Shown here: in pieces, positions 1-13,469 of the stretch | How the letters are laid out: each line of letters starts with the position of its first letter | Numbering within the stretch: the first letter of the stretch is position 1 | NCBI GenBank assembly: GCA_025786725.1 | Contig: JAHLTZ010000014.1 | Span: forward strand, 62,001-126,000 | Length of the DNA stretch: 64,000 nt | Reading direction: 5' to 3' | From: Syncephalis fuscata S228 | Taxonomy: Eukaryota > Fungi > Zoopagomycota | Made by a program: the position numbers and the translations under genes | The notes under the pieces: generated by a model | Database searches by the model: none | The model's input: the letters and a program-made list of their open reading frames with translations, nothing else | What the model was told of the DNA's origin: nothing

Positions 1-1752
1 ATTGAACGCAGTAGACTTCCGTCGTGAGCATTCAAAACATCAAATGTTTCTTCATTCCGACACGATCAGCTTTTCACTGTATAAGTTTGTAATACGATCG
101 CCATTTATAAGCCTGCTCCACAGTATACGTCCTTGGTCAGCACTATCAATTGGCAATACTCGACCGTAATCTCTGGCATCAAATATTGATTGTGCTGAAG
201 CATTCAGTGAAACTTTCCTAACACAAATAGTGACAATGTGGCACTGAATTTACCACCTACAAAACGTTTTAAATGATTTTCTTTGTCAAATATAATGATT
301 AAACACATCTTTCTGTATAAGTTAAAGCTCAATTACGCCGTCCGGACAATATGGAATGGTGATTTGATCAGATAGTATTTTTTGACATTGAGATTGACCT
401 TTTGCGCATCAAATACTTCCCATTGGATGCGTGTTGCTTGATTGCCATTGTCAACAGCGTGTAGATTTGGAGTATCGGTGGTCGTAGAATCAGTAGTAGA
501 CTTTTTAGAGTTGGATATCATTGTCCATATAATAAATTGACATTGACTGTAAGAAGCAAACTGAATACAGGCTGGCGAGAGACAATTATCATATTCTGGA
601 CTTCTATCCACTGGTTTCCGTCTAAATCAAATAAATAATATTTGTAATATGAATTTTTCCTATAGCTAGTGTTTAAAAGTACCCAATCATGATAAGAAGT
701 AGACAAATTAAGTATATCTATTCTTTTTCTATCCCTAATTTGGAGTTAAGATAAATGATATTAGGTGGTGAATTGCCAGCAACAGGCCACACTAAAAGAG
801 CCCGTCGTTTTTTAAACTCTCGTTTAGTTGAAGGCGTAGTGGCCGATGAACCCGTAGAATGCTCGTCTAAAGCATTAGAAGCTTTAGATTTATTCTCTTT
901 AATGTACTGTGCCTCCATTTCAGCTACATTTGCTATTGTTGATGTTAATATATGGCTAATATAATCATTAGCATTGATAATCATTACTTACTTACTGGTT
1001 CGCCAATATCTATTAACTTGACATCACTATATGTATATATAAAAACATTACCCACAACAAATCGACGTGTTCCATAAAAAATACTAAATAAACTTTTTTA
1101 CAAAATAACAATGGTGCTGAAGGCATAGTCAGTTTTTTCCAGGTCAGTTCTTCTTTGTTGTGTCCATTTTTCTTATTAAATATATTATGCCAAATTAACC
1201 ACAATTCTGGTGCATCTCTATTTCCCCTTAGTGCATACCAAGGATTGACGCTTCTCAGCGCCGCTTGAGCGTGCTCACTAGTCGGCAACTGACACGTCCG
1301 TTTTTTGAATCGGCCCATCATAAAGTTGCGATTAGTCTGTCGACGTCTTTGATAAGCATAAAACCATTTGGTGGTTTCAAAATTAGGTGCTAACGGCAAA
1401 TGACTATTAGCTGATGTATATTCATTATCGGCATTATCAACAGTTGCAACAGCAGACAATAATAAATGTACCCGGCCTGCTTGATTTACACTGAGTGTAG
1501 ATTTTTCAATTCTGATGTAGGATTGATATCCAGATTATACCATGTAAGCCAGTCTTGTTCGCGTCGATCACCTAGACAAAACTTTTGTCTATATTGTCGC
1601 TCCCAATAATCGGGTTGGTCAACTATTATTTTATAAATATGTCGACAGCAGGTGGCAAAAAGCACCAGTTTTTTCCCTTCCATAAAACGACACAAATACA
1701 GCAAGGTATCATGGTTTTGCCAAAAGTGTTCACTATGTGTACCCAAAGACAT
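1..1752 (-). CDS. F-box-like family protein, copy A (frameshifted; runs off the window start)
   Basis: ORF pieces 1486-1752, 1013-1459, 718-984, 518-706 and 333-611 are collinear homologs of the copies at 36 k, 46 k and 56 k (HDTLLYLCRFM..LVLFATCCRHIYKI; WFYAYQRRRQ.NRNFMMGRF; LLVWPVAGNSPPNIIYL). Confidence 0.75.
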
Positions 1753-4023
1753 AGTTGAACAGCAATAGTTGCTAAAAAGTACTACGTAGTAGATAGGAAA
1801 ACAGTGTTGGATGCAAGTAGAAAGAAAAGGCCTTGTAAGAATGCTGTTTGGATTAGTCTATCTACAATGGTTACACGATTGCATGTATTTACTAAATGTG
1901 TTTGATCTACTTTTGTTTTATTTATAAGAGTAATTCAAAAATTACATACTAGCACAATGAATTACCAATAAATACTAAACAAGGCTTTAATATGGCAATA
2001 AATGGCTAATAGTCACCGGATTATAATGCTACAATGAAATAAAGCAACAATTATAAGCATATAAATAAGCGTAAAATACGAGTTAAATGGTTTTATTGCT
2101 GCTGTTGTTGATAGAACCTAATAGGCTACATAGCTGGTTTTGCGTAACTAAATAATAGCGCATAGAATATCATACGGAGTGTGTAGTTGCAATTATTTAG
2201 CATGAGAAAATCATAAAGGTTATAATTGCTAAATATGGTGATGGCGTTATTTTATGCTTTAAAACATTTCTGTGGCTAGATGTATTCGAAATAGCTGTGT
2301 AGATTGTAAACAATAGAACAATGCAAGCTGCAATGTTAGCATATGTTTATTGCATAGCAGTTATAGCTAGTATTTGTTAGAATGGCATTTTCATAATAGA
2401 TAGGTTACTGATATTAAATGTATAACTAGCTTAATTTCATATATAATGGCTCATAGCATTTTTTTAGTTTAAGTAGCTATTTCATAGATTTGCTATACTT
2501 GTCACTGTCTCTTTAATAAAGTTGTTTTGAATTGTACCATTCGATACATATTGCCATTTGCAAATACAGTTAAATAGTATGGGTTTCGATGATACGGCAA
2601 TCAGTAGTATTTCTGCTATTGTTGAATCTATTTGAGTGGAAAGATAGAATGGCTAAGTTTGTCGATCCATTTTAAATCAATATAATTATCACCGATGATA
2701 TAAACTCTTTTTTGCTAATAAATGGATATTTAAAATATAATATGCAAAACGAATGTTATTGTATTTGATGAAAGAATGTATGAGTACAGAATACTAATAA
2801 ATCTACTTCCTAACGTCATTCACCACTTAGTTCCATGTTCAATAAAACAAATAGACTGCTCAATTGAACGAGTGGTATCAAGTGTATTGATCTGATGTTG
2901 ATTGATACTTATTTTAATGAAGTGCCTATAAACTATAAGTTTTTAATAGTGTTAAATAACTGACAATAGACCGGATATATTGCCACTATTTCAAAATCTA
3001 GACATTGTCATTAGTTAAACACCATTGTTTTATAAATTATTGCTATTTACACCACACTATTGTCAATACAATTAGTGTTTTATTGCTAGCATATCTGCAC
3101 TTGTTTTTAAGTTTAAATAGTCATACATACTATATGATTAGTATAAAACAAGCAATCTATGAGCTTTCTACATTCATATTCATTAAAACTCGCTAATATT
3201 TATCCCGTACTAAATATACTTGTATTATATAATAAATAGCACCAGCTAATACTTGCGCTAATCTATATCACTGCCCTATATTGTTTAACTGTACTTTAAC
3301 CAAACAATGTGTGTTTCGCGCATTATTCGTAGCATTAGTTGCATGCACACCACTAATACAAAGCATACACTATACTCGAAACTAAGCGTTAATGCAGCTG
3401 ATATACCCGATAAATCCATTGTATAGCAATAGGCTTAATTGGTCAGCAGAAGGTGTTATAAGCTTGCGATTTTCATATAGAATATCGTGCAGTTGTGTAG
3501 ATAGACACATTATAATCATAGCTGGCAACCATTTGTACTAGTCAATTAACTATATATATATATACGCAAGTTAATTCGTCAATTTCTAGTTGTTGCAAAT
3601 GTAATAAACGATATTAGTTAGATGTATGTAGATATTTAATATTCATATGTACATTACTTACAATAAACGACTTATTGACTTGGATTGCTTAATAGTCCAG
3701 AAATAGCACTGCTGTGTTTTGTTGTCTAATAATGACTGTCTAACGATTGGTATTTGTATTGGATTGCTGCAATCGTTAGTGATTATAAACTGATTTATTG
3801 GTACAAAATACAGAGAACAAAATAAAACAACTTGAAATGAGAAAACTGTGGGCTAGCCCATTACAAAAAATAAGCAACTGCCGTTCCCAGTCCTTGTCAA
3901 GCTCCGTATTGGAGCGACAAAGCCCGGTGTACAGCGTTGCTTATCTGCTGGTCCCGCCCGTGATAAAAATAGCTAAATTAATATTAGGATTGCTCATTTG
4001 ATTTATACATTTACTTGCCTTGT

Positions 4024-4745
4024 TTAAAAATAATTGTAATATTCCTTGTCAAAGTATTTATCGTAATACTTGTCAAATTCTTCTTCGTCAAACTCCAAGC
4101 TATCAACTTGGTATTCTGAAGCGACCACTTCTGCGGTCAGCTTCTCTTGGATCGGCTTCTTTTTGCACACATTTACTGGTTTTGGCTTACGATAGTGCGA
4201 GATCGCGGCTTTGGAACCGCTAGTTTTTGTTCCACCTTGTCATCGTTCGTACTTGCAGGTGGCACCGCGCGGATGTTGTGGCAACATTATTGAGTCGCAA
4301 CTTTGGGACGGCTATTTTGCAAACCGTCTCATTTCCGCTTGTATGTGCTGGCGCAATTTTGCACGGCCCAGTGTATTCAACACCCTCCATTAGCACCGCC
4401 TCGCATGCGGCGCCAGTGGGGTATAGTAGTAGGAATGAAAGGTGAAGGTATTGGTTGCCTCGACACCTTCCATTGGAACTGCCTTGCAGACAGTCGGCTT
4501 GACAATTAATAATTGAACGCAAAACTAAATGTAAATGCGACAAAGAATGGCGCACGCAAGTCGCGTATCGGTCGTGATACGGACTTTGTTGCACGGATCT
4601 TTTTCAAGGTCTTTGCATTGCCTTGCGGGTATAAGTTTCAGAGAACGTGCGTTTTTGAACGTGCAGAGTTTGTTTGGTAGCGTTTATACTACCACGCGTA
4701 TGGCAGGGTGTAGCCATAATAATCAAGTATAACTATAGCAAAACG
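4024..4745 (-). pseudogene. Degenerate or error-ridden Cys-rich protein remnant, possibly Kazal-like
   Basis: GC-richer island. Minus-strand frames give NKLCTFKNARS..CKDLEKDPCNK, ..EGVEYTGPCK and a terminal DSLEFDEEEFDKYYDKYFDKEYYNYF*. There is no intact ORF. Confidence 0.25.
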
Positions 4746-7267
4746 CACATAACGGATAATTAACATCATGTAAACAGTATATGAAACGCGAGCAATAAAG
4801 TAGCATAACCAACCAAACTGTTTAGTTCAAGTGAATGGATGATCTTACACTCACATCCAATACTTTGTATTATCGTTTATTGTATTGAGTAGTTGTATAC
4901 ACAACTTGTAGCATCTTCTGTACTCATGCAGCTCAATGCAATCTCACTACCAAAACAAACCTGCATCGGACATGAATATCAAATGGTCCGTGTACACCTT
5001 GCTAAACCGGTAAATAGTCCGATAAACTGGATGGCGTGATCACAACAACAAATGGACAAAGCACATGGTCTTGTGTTTACTTTTCATAAATACGCCACCA
5101 CCATGCCTATCGCGTATTAATAGCGCGTATTAATAACGCGTGTACACGGCTGAAACAATAGCAAATCATTTATACAATACATGTAGCTGTAATAACATAT
5201 AATGGTGTTTATTCAAGTCACTTGTATATATTCTAATATTCATAATACGCAGTGTATTTTTATTTATACAATTGCTTCGTTACTTATTTGATTGATTTAT
5301 ATTCCAGTATATCTGTATACTTTTAACAACCATAAACAATGCCAATGCTTTATACAGCACGTTATATTAAAACTTGGTTTAAAGGTGGTTTGTTGGTAAG
5401 TGATTTGTAATTACCGTAGTTTTGTTACTTATGCAGATACATATCATTTAGCTTATTGTAGCCAGTTCACTACTACAACAGTTTGTAATAGCTTGCTGTT
5501 TTACATTATCAATAGCTGATGGTTTCTGCTATATGTAAAATACATGCATGATGTGTATATCAGTGTACTCGGTAGGTATGGTTGTAGTTTACTAGACATA
5601 CTAGACACAATATTGCACAAGTACTTGGCAGAATACGAAAAATAGTAATGTATATATATATATCTAATTGTACACGTAGCTATACACGGCAACATTCTAA
5701 GTAAAAGTTGCAACCGCTTCAAGTGCTGCAGCATAAATTACAAGTTGTCTGGCGATCAGTAATCTATTGCGCACTAAGGGCTCAGCTGTTTGAACGCGTT
5801 GCCATCCGTATCGGTTGATACTATGCCAAAACATTCAGCTTGCTTACTAATCTCAAATGCCCAAGCATATCTATAATTTACTGACATTGTATTCTAAACA
5901 ACATATGCTTGTTACGCTATGTATACTGTAGTAGTATGCAAATTGCGCTTAACTGTCGCTGTAATGTAGTAGAATCAATAACCAACGTGCGTCATAACTA
6001 TTATTGTCACCGATTCTATTGCTACTGTGTCTGTGCTTTATTATTATGCTTGAATAGCTATAAAACACTTTGTGATTACTTTCAATAAACAATATAGGCT
6101 AATTATAATACTTATATATATGCTACATCCTTGGCCAATACTCATCCTGCAATAGCTAGATTTACTTTAAATAATACATGATCTTGATAAAGTTACTATG
6201 GATACACTCAATAAGCAATAGAAGCAGTAGAGTTGAATTTTTAACAAATACAGCTAGCGACAAGCAAGCAACTTCTACCAATAATGCTAGCCATTAGACT
6301 ATGCAGCGATATAAGACAAGAACAAAACAAAACAAATGTGTGTAAATAGTAGTATTAACATTATAGCGTGTATATATGCATGAACAAATGAGCGAGATAA
6401 ACAAAAATAATAACGAGCAGAACTAACATCAGACGGCAAAACAGTTCCAAATAAATTGTAATTATTATATTATAGAATGAATATACAAGAAAAGGCATGA
6501 GTGATAGCGGTGAAACTATAGTGCATATAGTACAATAATCAAACTGAATTAGAATTCGTAAACAATAAAACTATTGACAAATAGACGACAGTTTTGAGTA
6601 TATATTAGGTGCTATATAATGGAATGCATTATAATAGAATGAATATATAACAGAGAGATGCGAGTAATGGTATTGAAGCTATAGTGCATATAACTTGCTA
6701 AATGAATAAGATAAATTGGTCGATATTTGTTAGAATAAAGCTAGAGCAAAAATAAGCATGGCTTTGGATAAAGAAAGGCTAGGCGAATATATAATGATAT
6801 ATAAAATGGTAAATGTATGTATGAAATCATATAAAATGATGTTAAAGTTGTAATGCATATGATGCAACGAATGGAATGAGTAAAGTTTATTGTGATTTAT
6901 AACAAATGGAATATGTCTAGTATATCATAGAACGATATATAATAGTATGAGATAGAATGGGAATGATACAAGTGAATAAGAATATATGCATACTGGATAA
7001 TAAATCTATGATGATAAGTATTTTGATGACTGCTGTCACTCGCCACTCAGCTTTATATACAATAGAACGATTGTCTAGTTTAAATATGTGAATGTTATTC
7101 AGTTTAGTCATTTGACCATTAAATTGTAGTAATTAGCAATAAACTGCTTAATATATGTGACAACTTTGACATAAATAGATAGATAGATATTATAAAATTA
7201 GTACACTTGTTTATTCCCGCTTACGTCACTAGCACACTCTCTGTCCATTACTTCTTTACTATCCACG

Positions 7268-8244
7268 ATGACCGATTCTACAAACTCCGCTACGGCCAAT
7301 GTATGTCGCTTTGAGGGACACACACAATCTATGGGCGGTGAGCAAGCCCATGCACACACGCATGAACATACACATGATCATGCTCAGGAACATGGCCATA
7401 CCCATGAGATAATGGAACATCCAGGTCGTTATACAGAGCGTGATATGCCAGAATACATCGGTCGTAGCTGGGAGGAACGTGCTTTTACCGTTGGTATTGG
7501 CGGGTAAGCACAGTAAAAGTCGCTATAAAACAGTGGCAAGGTTAAACAGCTTGAATATCTAACAATAACAATATGAATAGACCTGTTGGCAGTGGTAAAA
7601 CTGCTTTGATGCTAGCATTGTGTCAACGTCTACGTGAACAATACAGTATTGCCTGCGTTACCAATGATATTTTTACCAAAGAAGATGCCGAGTTCCTGGT
7701 CCGACACGAAGCACTTGTACCAGAGCGAATCCGTGCCATTGAAACAGGCGGCTGTCCAGTAAGTGAATACCATCCACCATAAGTGTAGTCATTTCAACCA
7801 GATTAATGGTGATCGTTGTAGCATGCAGCCATTCGTGAGGACATTTCAGCCAATCTTATGGCACTCGAAGAGTTAAATGCTCAATTTACACCACAACTTT
7901 TGCTGGTAGAGTCGGGCGGTGATAATCTTGCTGCCAACTATAGCCGTGAACTTGCTGATTATATCATCTACGTCATTGACGTGGCAGGAGGTGATAAAAT
8001 CCCCCGTAAAGGTGGACCAGGTATTACGCAGAGTGACCTACTTGTTATTAATAAGATCGACCTGGCCGAGGCAGTTGGCGCGGACTTGGATGTAATGCGT
8101 CGTGACGCGAATCGTATGCGTGACCAAGGACCCACTGTATTCGCCAGTATCAAGCATGGCGATGCTGTAGATGAAATTATCGAGCTTATTATAAGCTCTT
8201 GGAAATCAAGTGGTGCGGCCACAGCCCATGCTAACTTGAAATAA
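7268..8244 (+). CDS. ureG: Urease accessory GTPase UreG with His-rich N-terminus; exons 7268-7503, 7581-7758, 7822-8244
   Basis: [17 protein letters not shown]-loop, [48 protein letters not shown]. Two GT-AG introns restore the frame. Confidence 0.97.
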
Positions 8245-8526
8245 ATTTAAACCAACATGGTAATAAATTTGTTATCCAGTACAAAACATATAGCTTTATT
8301 CATTGTAGTATTGCTGTATTATTTGAATGATTGGCAAAACGCAGTTAGTAAATGTTACTAACTATTAAGCAATATGAATTAATATATTAAAATAGAAATT
8401 TTGTTTATAAAATGTTAGATTATACATTGCCAAGTGCTTGTGAGTTTATTTAAAAAGCAACATTATAGTTTTGTAATTGCATCATCTCTATGATATGTAT
8501 TTAGCAATTAGCTATAGCTTATGAAA

Positions 8527-10136
8527 TTATTCATTCAGAGCTTTAGTGTGTTCTTTTTCCCATTTTTTCCAATCGTCAAATGTTAGTGTACGTGCTAGAT
8601 TGTCACGATGCACTACGCACTCGGCATCAGCATAGCCAAGTAGCTCGCCAATCTCCCAGCTATGTCGGCCCTTTATTCGGACAATTTCCATACTGGAATA
8701 ATTAACCAATCCATGTCCAATTTCCAAGTATTGTTCCGATGCATCCGACGCATCTTTATAAGCATAAACAATACGGATACCTTGCTGTGCTACAAATGTG
8801 CCCTGTACATCAACAATGCCGGCTGAAAATAAACTCCCTTTATGGTTTAATAGTGCACGGACGGCGCCACGGTCAATAGCTATCGTTCCTGCGTTGTGGA
8901 CACCATGTCGGATCCACCATTTACGATCTCTGAGTGGGTTGCGCTTTGCTAAAAAGCATGTGTACAATAGATCGGTGGATTTGCCGATATTGCCCACGCG
9001 AATGGTGGCCGATGGCGAGCCTTCAGAAGCGGTGGGGCTTGATTTAGATCGCATCGCTGGATCAATTGGCGTATTGGCTCGTGAATTAAATACTGAAACT
9101 TCATCTACAATTTTAATGACGTTGGCTGGTGTGGAGCCACGAGCAATAAATGTAGTGACACCTGCCGCCGTTGCTAGTTCGGCGGCAATCATTTTGTCAC
9201 CATACCACCGGTACCCAATGATGTACCAGGTGCTGTCACTTTAACTACAACACATAATAATAAATTAGCAATTATATATATACGTTCTGATTGTATAGCT
9301 TACTTTGTTCTCGAAGTGCTGCAATATCTTCAACTACACGCACTGCCTTTGCTTCTGGATTAGAGCGTGGATTATCGGTGTACAGGCAATCGACATCGGT
9401 CAAAAGAAATAGATAGTCGGCATTGATCATACCAGCAGTGATGGCGCTTAGTGTGTCATTATCACCAAATTTGATTTCCTAATAAACGTATTTATGTTTA
9501 TGTTTATATTAAATGGCTGGTCAAGACTTACAGCAGGACTAATTGTGTCGTTTTCATTAACAATGGGTATTACATCCATTTCGAGCAATTGATCAAAAGT
9601 ATTACATGCATTGATGTATTGTGTACGCTATACAATTGATTAGGTGATCGATCGTTAGTTATATGTGTATATAGACGGATAGCTTACATCGGCTAAATCA
9701 TTACGTGTAAGTAGAATTTGAGCAACTGGCTGGTTAAACTGGGAGAAGAGCGTGTCATAAAGACTCATAAGCTTTCCCTGGCCTACAGCAGCAATAGCCT
9801 AGTAAATCTATTATTAAAAGATTCTTTGTACAAAAAATAATAAATTTACCTGATTTTTAATCACTTCTTTTGGTTTATGGGCAATATTCAAGCAACGCAG
9901 CCCAACTCCAATAGCACCACTTGTCACAAGAACAACTCGATGGCCGGTCTGTTTAGCGCTATGATAGTCTCAACCACCGAGGATAGATTGGCCAGTAGCG
10001 GATAATGGGTTACCGGATCACAGATAGAAGATGTGCCGATTTTAAGCACAATAGTTAAGCCTTGTCGATGATGTGGTCGACGATCGACCATTTTAAACGG
10101 CAATGGATGTGCCAGACTCGTCTGTATCGATGCCAT
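8527..10136 (-). CDS. PRO1: Glutamate 5-kinase with C-terminal PUA domain (4 introns, 2 single-base frameshifts)
   Basis: [59 protein letters not shown], and PUA region [27 protein letters not shown]. Confidence 0.95.
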
Positions 10137-10976
10137 GATTGCTGTGAAGAGCTGCCCTTTTTCTCTTGGTGTATATATGTATATATATGATATGACGAAA
10201 CTAATAAAATAGAATGGGAACAAAATGGGGGGTAATCAGAAAAGCAGCAATGGGAATGCGTCACATCGAGTGATATCGGATCTCGTTTCATTTGCAGCCC
10301 AATTTGATTTGTGACACAACTGTGTTACTTGGGATCCACCCTTGAGATGTTTGCCCATAATAATACATGATAATGGCACATTGAAATATGTGGAGTTATT
10401 GAATAATTATAGAGAGTTTTTATTATTTATTGCCAGTTAGTGTTGGCCATAGTTACGCTTAGATTAATAGTCTACTAGTGCTAACATAGTATATTCTTTC
10501 AAACAAAATACATGGCTGTTGATGGCACAAATAATTTAATAAATAGCTATATTTCTATCTTATCCTGACACGTGAAGTATTGTTTGTATAAAATAATCTT
10601 AAAACATCCAATATCAAATTGTAAATTTTCTATTTCTAATTTACTTTAGACAGAAGGCACTACAGCAGCAAGAAGACAATATTTAGATGCACTGTATCAT
10701 AACAACGTGCCATATCTATTATTTTATGGCTAAATTCACTTTTATCCATAACAACCTTAAAATAATTATTTCTCTGTCAAATTTAGCTGTTCTAATTGCT
10801 TTGTATAAAAATGGTATATACCAATGTGGAATGTTTGTTTTGGAATTCCATAAAGATTGAATCGCCGCTGATGGTTTAAAATCGACGCTTTGTAGCCAAA
10901 AAGACAAACTATTCTTTATCCTCCTCTCATTTTAATGATTTTAAAAACAACTTGAAAAATTAGAAAATTAGTTATT

Positions 10977-12104
10977 ATGAGCCATTTTTCAATTTCTAGT
11001 ACTTTTGTACTTATCCCACTACTTTCTATGTTGTTTATAACGAACAATGTTACCTCAACAAAACTATATTTACCTGAGCCTTCCAACGCAATGCAGTACA
11101 CTTTTATGCCTGAAAGAAATGGCGAACCAGATTTCAGTAGCATTGCCAACAGAATCAAAATCACTATGCCGCCATACATCTCAGGAACTACTGGCATGTA
11201 TTACACACATGTAATGCTAGATGGCAATCAAGGATACATGAAATGCTTAACGTCGGCAGTCAAGGACTTGTATGATAACGAAGTAAATTCGTTAAAAGAC
11301 ATTATGAAACTGCGACAAAGTTCAAATAGCGCAGTAGCCAGTATTGCAAAACAAAATATTGTTGGATTCTTAGATGGCTTTATTGTACCAGTAATAGGTA
11401 ATAAAACAAAAAAATGTTTCTGTGTAGTTACAGAGACTGTAAAATCTGGACGTGATATGCTATCAACTATTGCTCAGTCAGATCCTGATGAAAGGGATGA
11501 AATTACTCGTGAAGTATTTCGACAAACCATTAACGCACTTGCTGTGGTGCACCAAATTGGATGGTCTCATGGCGATTTGACGTCAAACAACATCATGATT
11601 GCACTTGGTACGCCAACGCCAGAGCAAATATTGCAAAAAAATGCCAATGGTTTACCGATACTCAAGTATCGAGGAGCACCTCAAATAGTACGTGCAGTAC
11701 TTATTGATTTTGGTATGGCTACGCGACTTAATATGCGGCTTAAAGTATTAGGTGCTTCTTCTATTCAAGCACCAGAATTAAAGAAAAGACGGTTATTTAG
11801 AACAATCGACCTAACTAAAACAGATGTATGGGCACTTGGTATTACTTTGTATCAAACCGTTGAACAAAGTCTTCCTGATCCATACAGTCAAGCAAATAGT
11901 AAAAATTGGCCACCAAAGGTACAAAAGCATTGGAATCGTGCCATTAATGGAGTAATAGCCGCTATGTTAAATCCACTTCCAAAAAACCGATTATCAGCAA
12001 CACGATTGCTTACTTTGCCATGGTTTAAGGGCGCAGAGGACGGTGATAAGCCGAGGCCATCGGCTAACACGCGCCCTCGCCGTCCTCCTCCTCGTCGCAC
12101 ATAA
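10977..12104 (+). CDS. Intronless Ser/Thr-type protein kinase with N-terminal signal-peptide-like segment (copy 1)
   Basis: 375 aa ORF with a hydrophobic N-terminus, SGTTGMY (Gly loop), GYMKC (catalytic Lys), HGDLTSNN, LIDFG, APE and DVWALG. Confidence 0.9.
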   Translation: MSHFSISSTFVLIPLLSMLFITNNVTSTKLYLPEPSNAMQYTFMPERNGEPDFSSIANRIKITMPPYISGTTGMYYTHVMLDGNQGYMKCLTSAVKDLYDNEVNSLKDIMKLRQSSNSAVASIAKQNIVGFLDGFIVPVIGNKTKKCFCVVTETVKSGRDMLSTIAQSDPDERDEITREVFRQTINALAVVHQIGWSHGDLTSNNIMIALGTPTPEQILQKNANGLPILKYRGAPQIVRAVLIDFGMATRLNMRLKVLGASSIQAPELKKRRLFRTIDLTKTDVWALGITLYQTVEQSLPDPYSQANSKNWPPKVQKHWNRAINGVIAAMLNPLPKNRLSATRLLTLPWFKGAEDGDKPRPSANTRPRRPPPRRT

Positions 12105-13469
12105 ATACTTACATGAAGTAGATTAGAATGAATAGACACCAACCAACAAGGACATATAGTTTTATTTTTATCGTGTTTTAATACGATTAGCACCATTTTT
12201 AATATCCATAGAATAAAACAACTTTTTAGGTGACTTGATAATGCCATTTATACCAAGGTGATAGCGGTTGGAATAAAATAATTTTTTGAAACAGTAATGA
12301 TTTATTGACATTAATTTATAAACGGCTGCAACAACTATAAGGTAGCGTATAGAGCATAAAGATAGTCTTTTATTTAGTAATGTTGTGTAACATAAATATA
12401 AGCTTTGCATAAACTACTTTAAGCGCGGGAGAATGTGGGCATGAAGAATAATTACATTCAAGATAAAACATAATAATAAAATTCATTTAAATTAGACAAT
12501 AAAAACTCAACCGTTCATACAGCTAATATGACTCGTTCTTCTCGAATTCCTCAGTTGTAGCAGGCTTTTCTGAACTTCTTTCGCTATAAAACGCAATTTT
12601 TCAAGTTAGCATGTTGATGTAACTATTGTGCCGTTTAGGAGGGAACATCACAGGTAGGCTTCCTTGTAAATACATAATTAATTTGCATGATATTGACACG
12701 TTGTCTTTGTTACGCTTTTAATATTTATTAATACTATGTGCTTATTGAATTGTATATATAGTTATTTTTAATTTTATTGAAAAGCATTGGCATTAAATGT
12801 AAAGATTCAGTTTTAATAAATATAGAGTGTATTTTTATTGTGCTATAAAAATAAATAAGTTTAAGCATTCAACAATTTTTGGCTACACAAAATTACCATG
12901 CTATTCTGTTTCGTATATCTATTTTTCTGTGACTTTGTTTCAATTAAATCCAGTTTTGACACGATTTGTCTGAAAATGGTAGCAAGATATTTTTGCTTTG
13001 TGATATCTGAGTATTGCCTTGATATTGCTTTTTTGGCTCGGCAGCCATATAATTAATCTGCTATTTGCTTTAGTTTTATTCCTATATTTGTAATTACCAC
13101 CAAATACTATGCGCCGTGTTTTAATGAACGCTTACTATAATAAATCACTAATTCTAGCTATTATCCTTTTGTATTAAAACACTTAAGGATATTTTCCAAA
13201 GACTACATGCCACAAATTAATACTCGATAGCACATTGAAACGTAAAATGGCTGTTTTAGTTTGCCGAAAATGGCAATGAAAGCCTAATAATAGATGATTA
13301 GCTTGGTGGCACGTTTGAATCTATACATCCCTTTAGGGTACGTGTATGTAGCAACTAGCATATTTAAAGGCGCTGTTTAGAGCATTATGTATATTCCATT
13401 CATTAGCTTTCCAATATCTTTTATAGACACAACCAAACAAGCCGATTACTTGAGCTTTTATAGACTACA

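Noticed and set aside
6465-6695. Diverged direct repeat of about 65 bp (about 6470-6530 and 6630-6692)
   Set aside because: Only two degenerate AT-rich copies, with no array or element structure.
7340-7420. His-rich repeat at the UreG N-terminus
   Set aside because: This is a known nickel-binding extension of fungal and plant UreG, not novel.
8798-9244. Long antisense ORFs over PRO1, ureG, the kinases, ABCA and the LRR gene
   Set aside because: These are shadow ORFs of real genes on the opposite strand, with no recognisable motifs.
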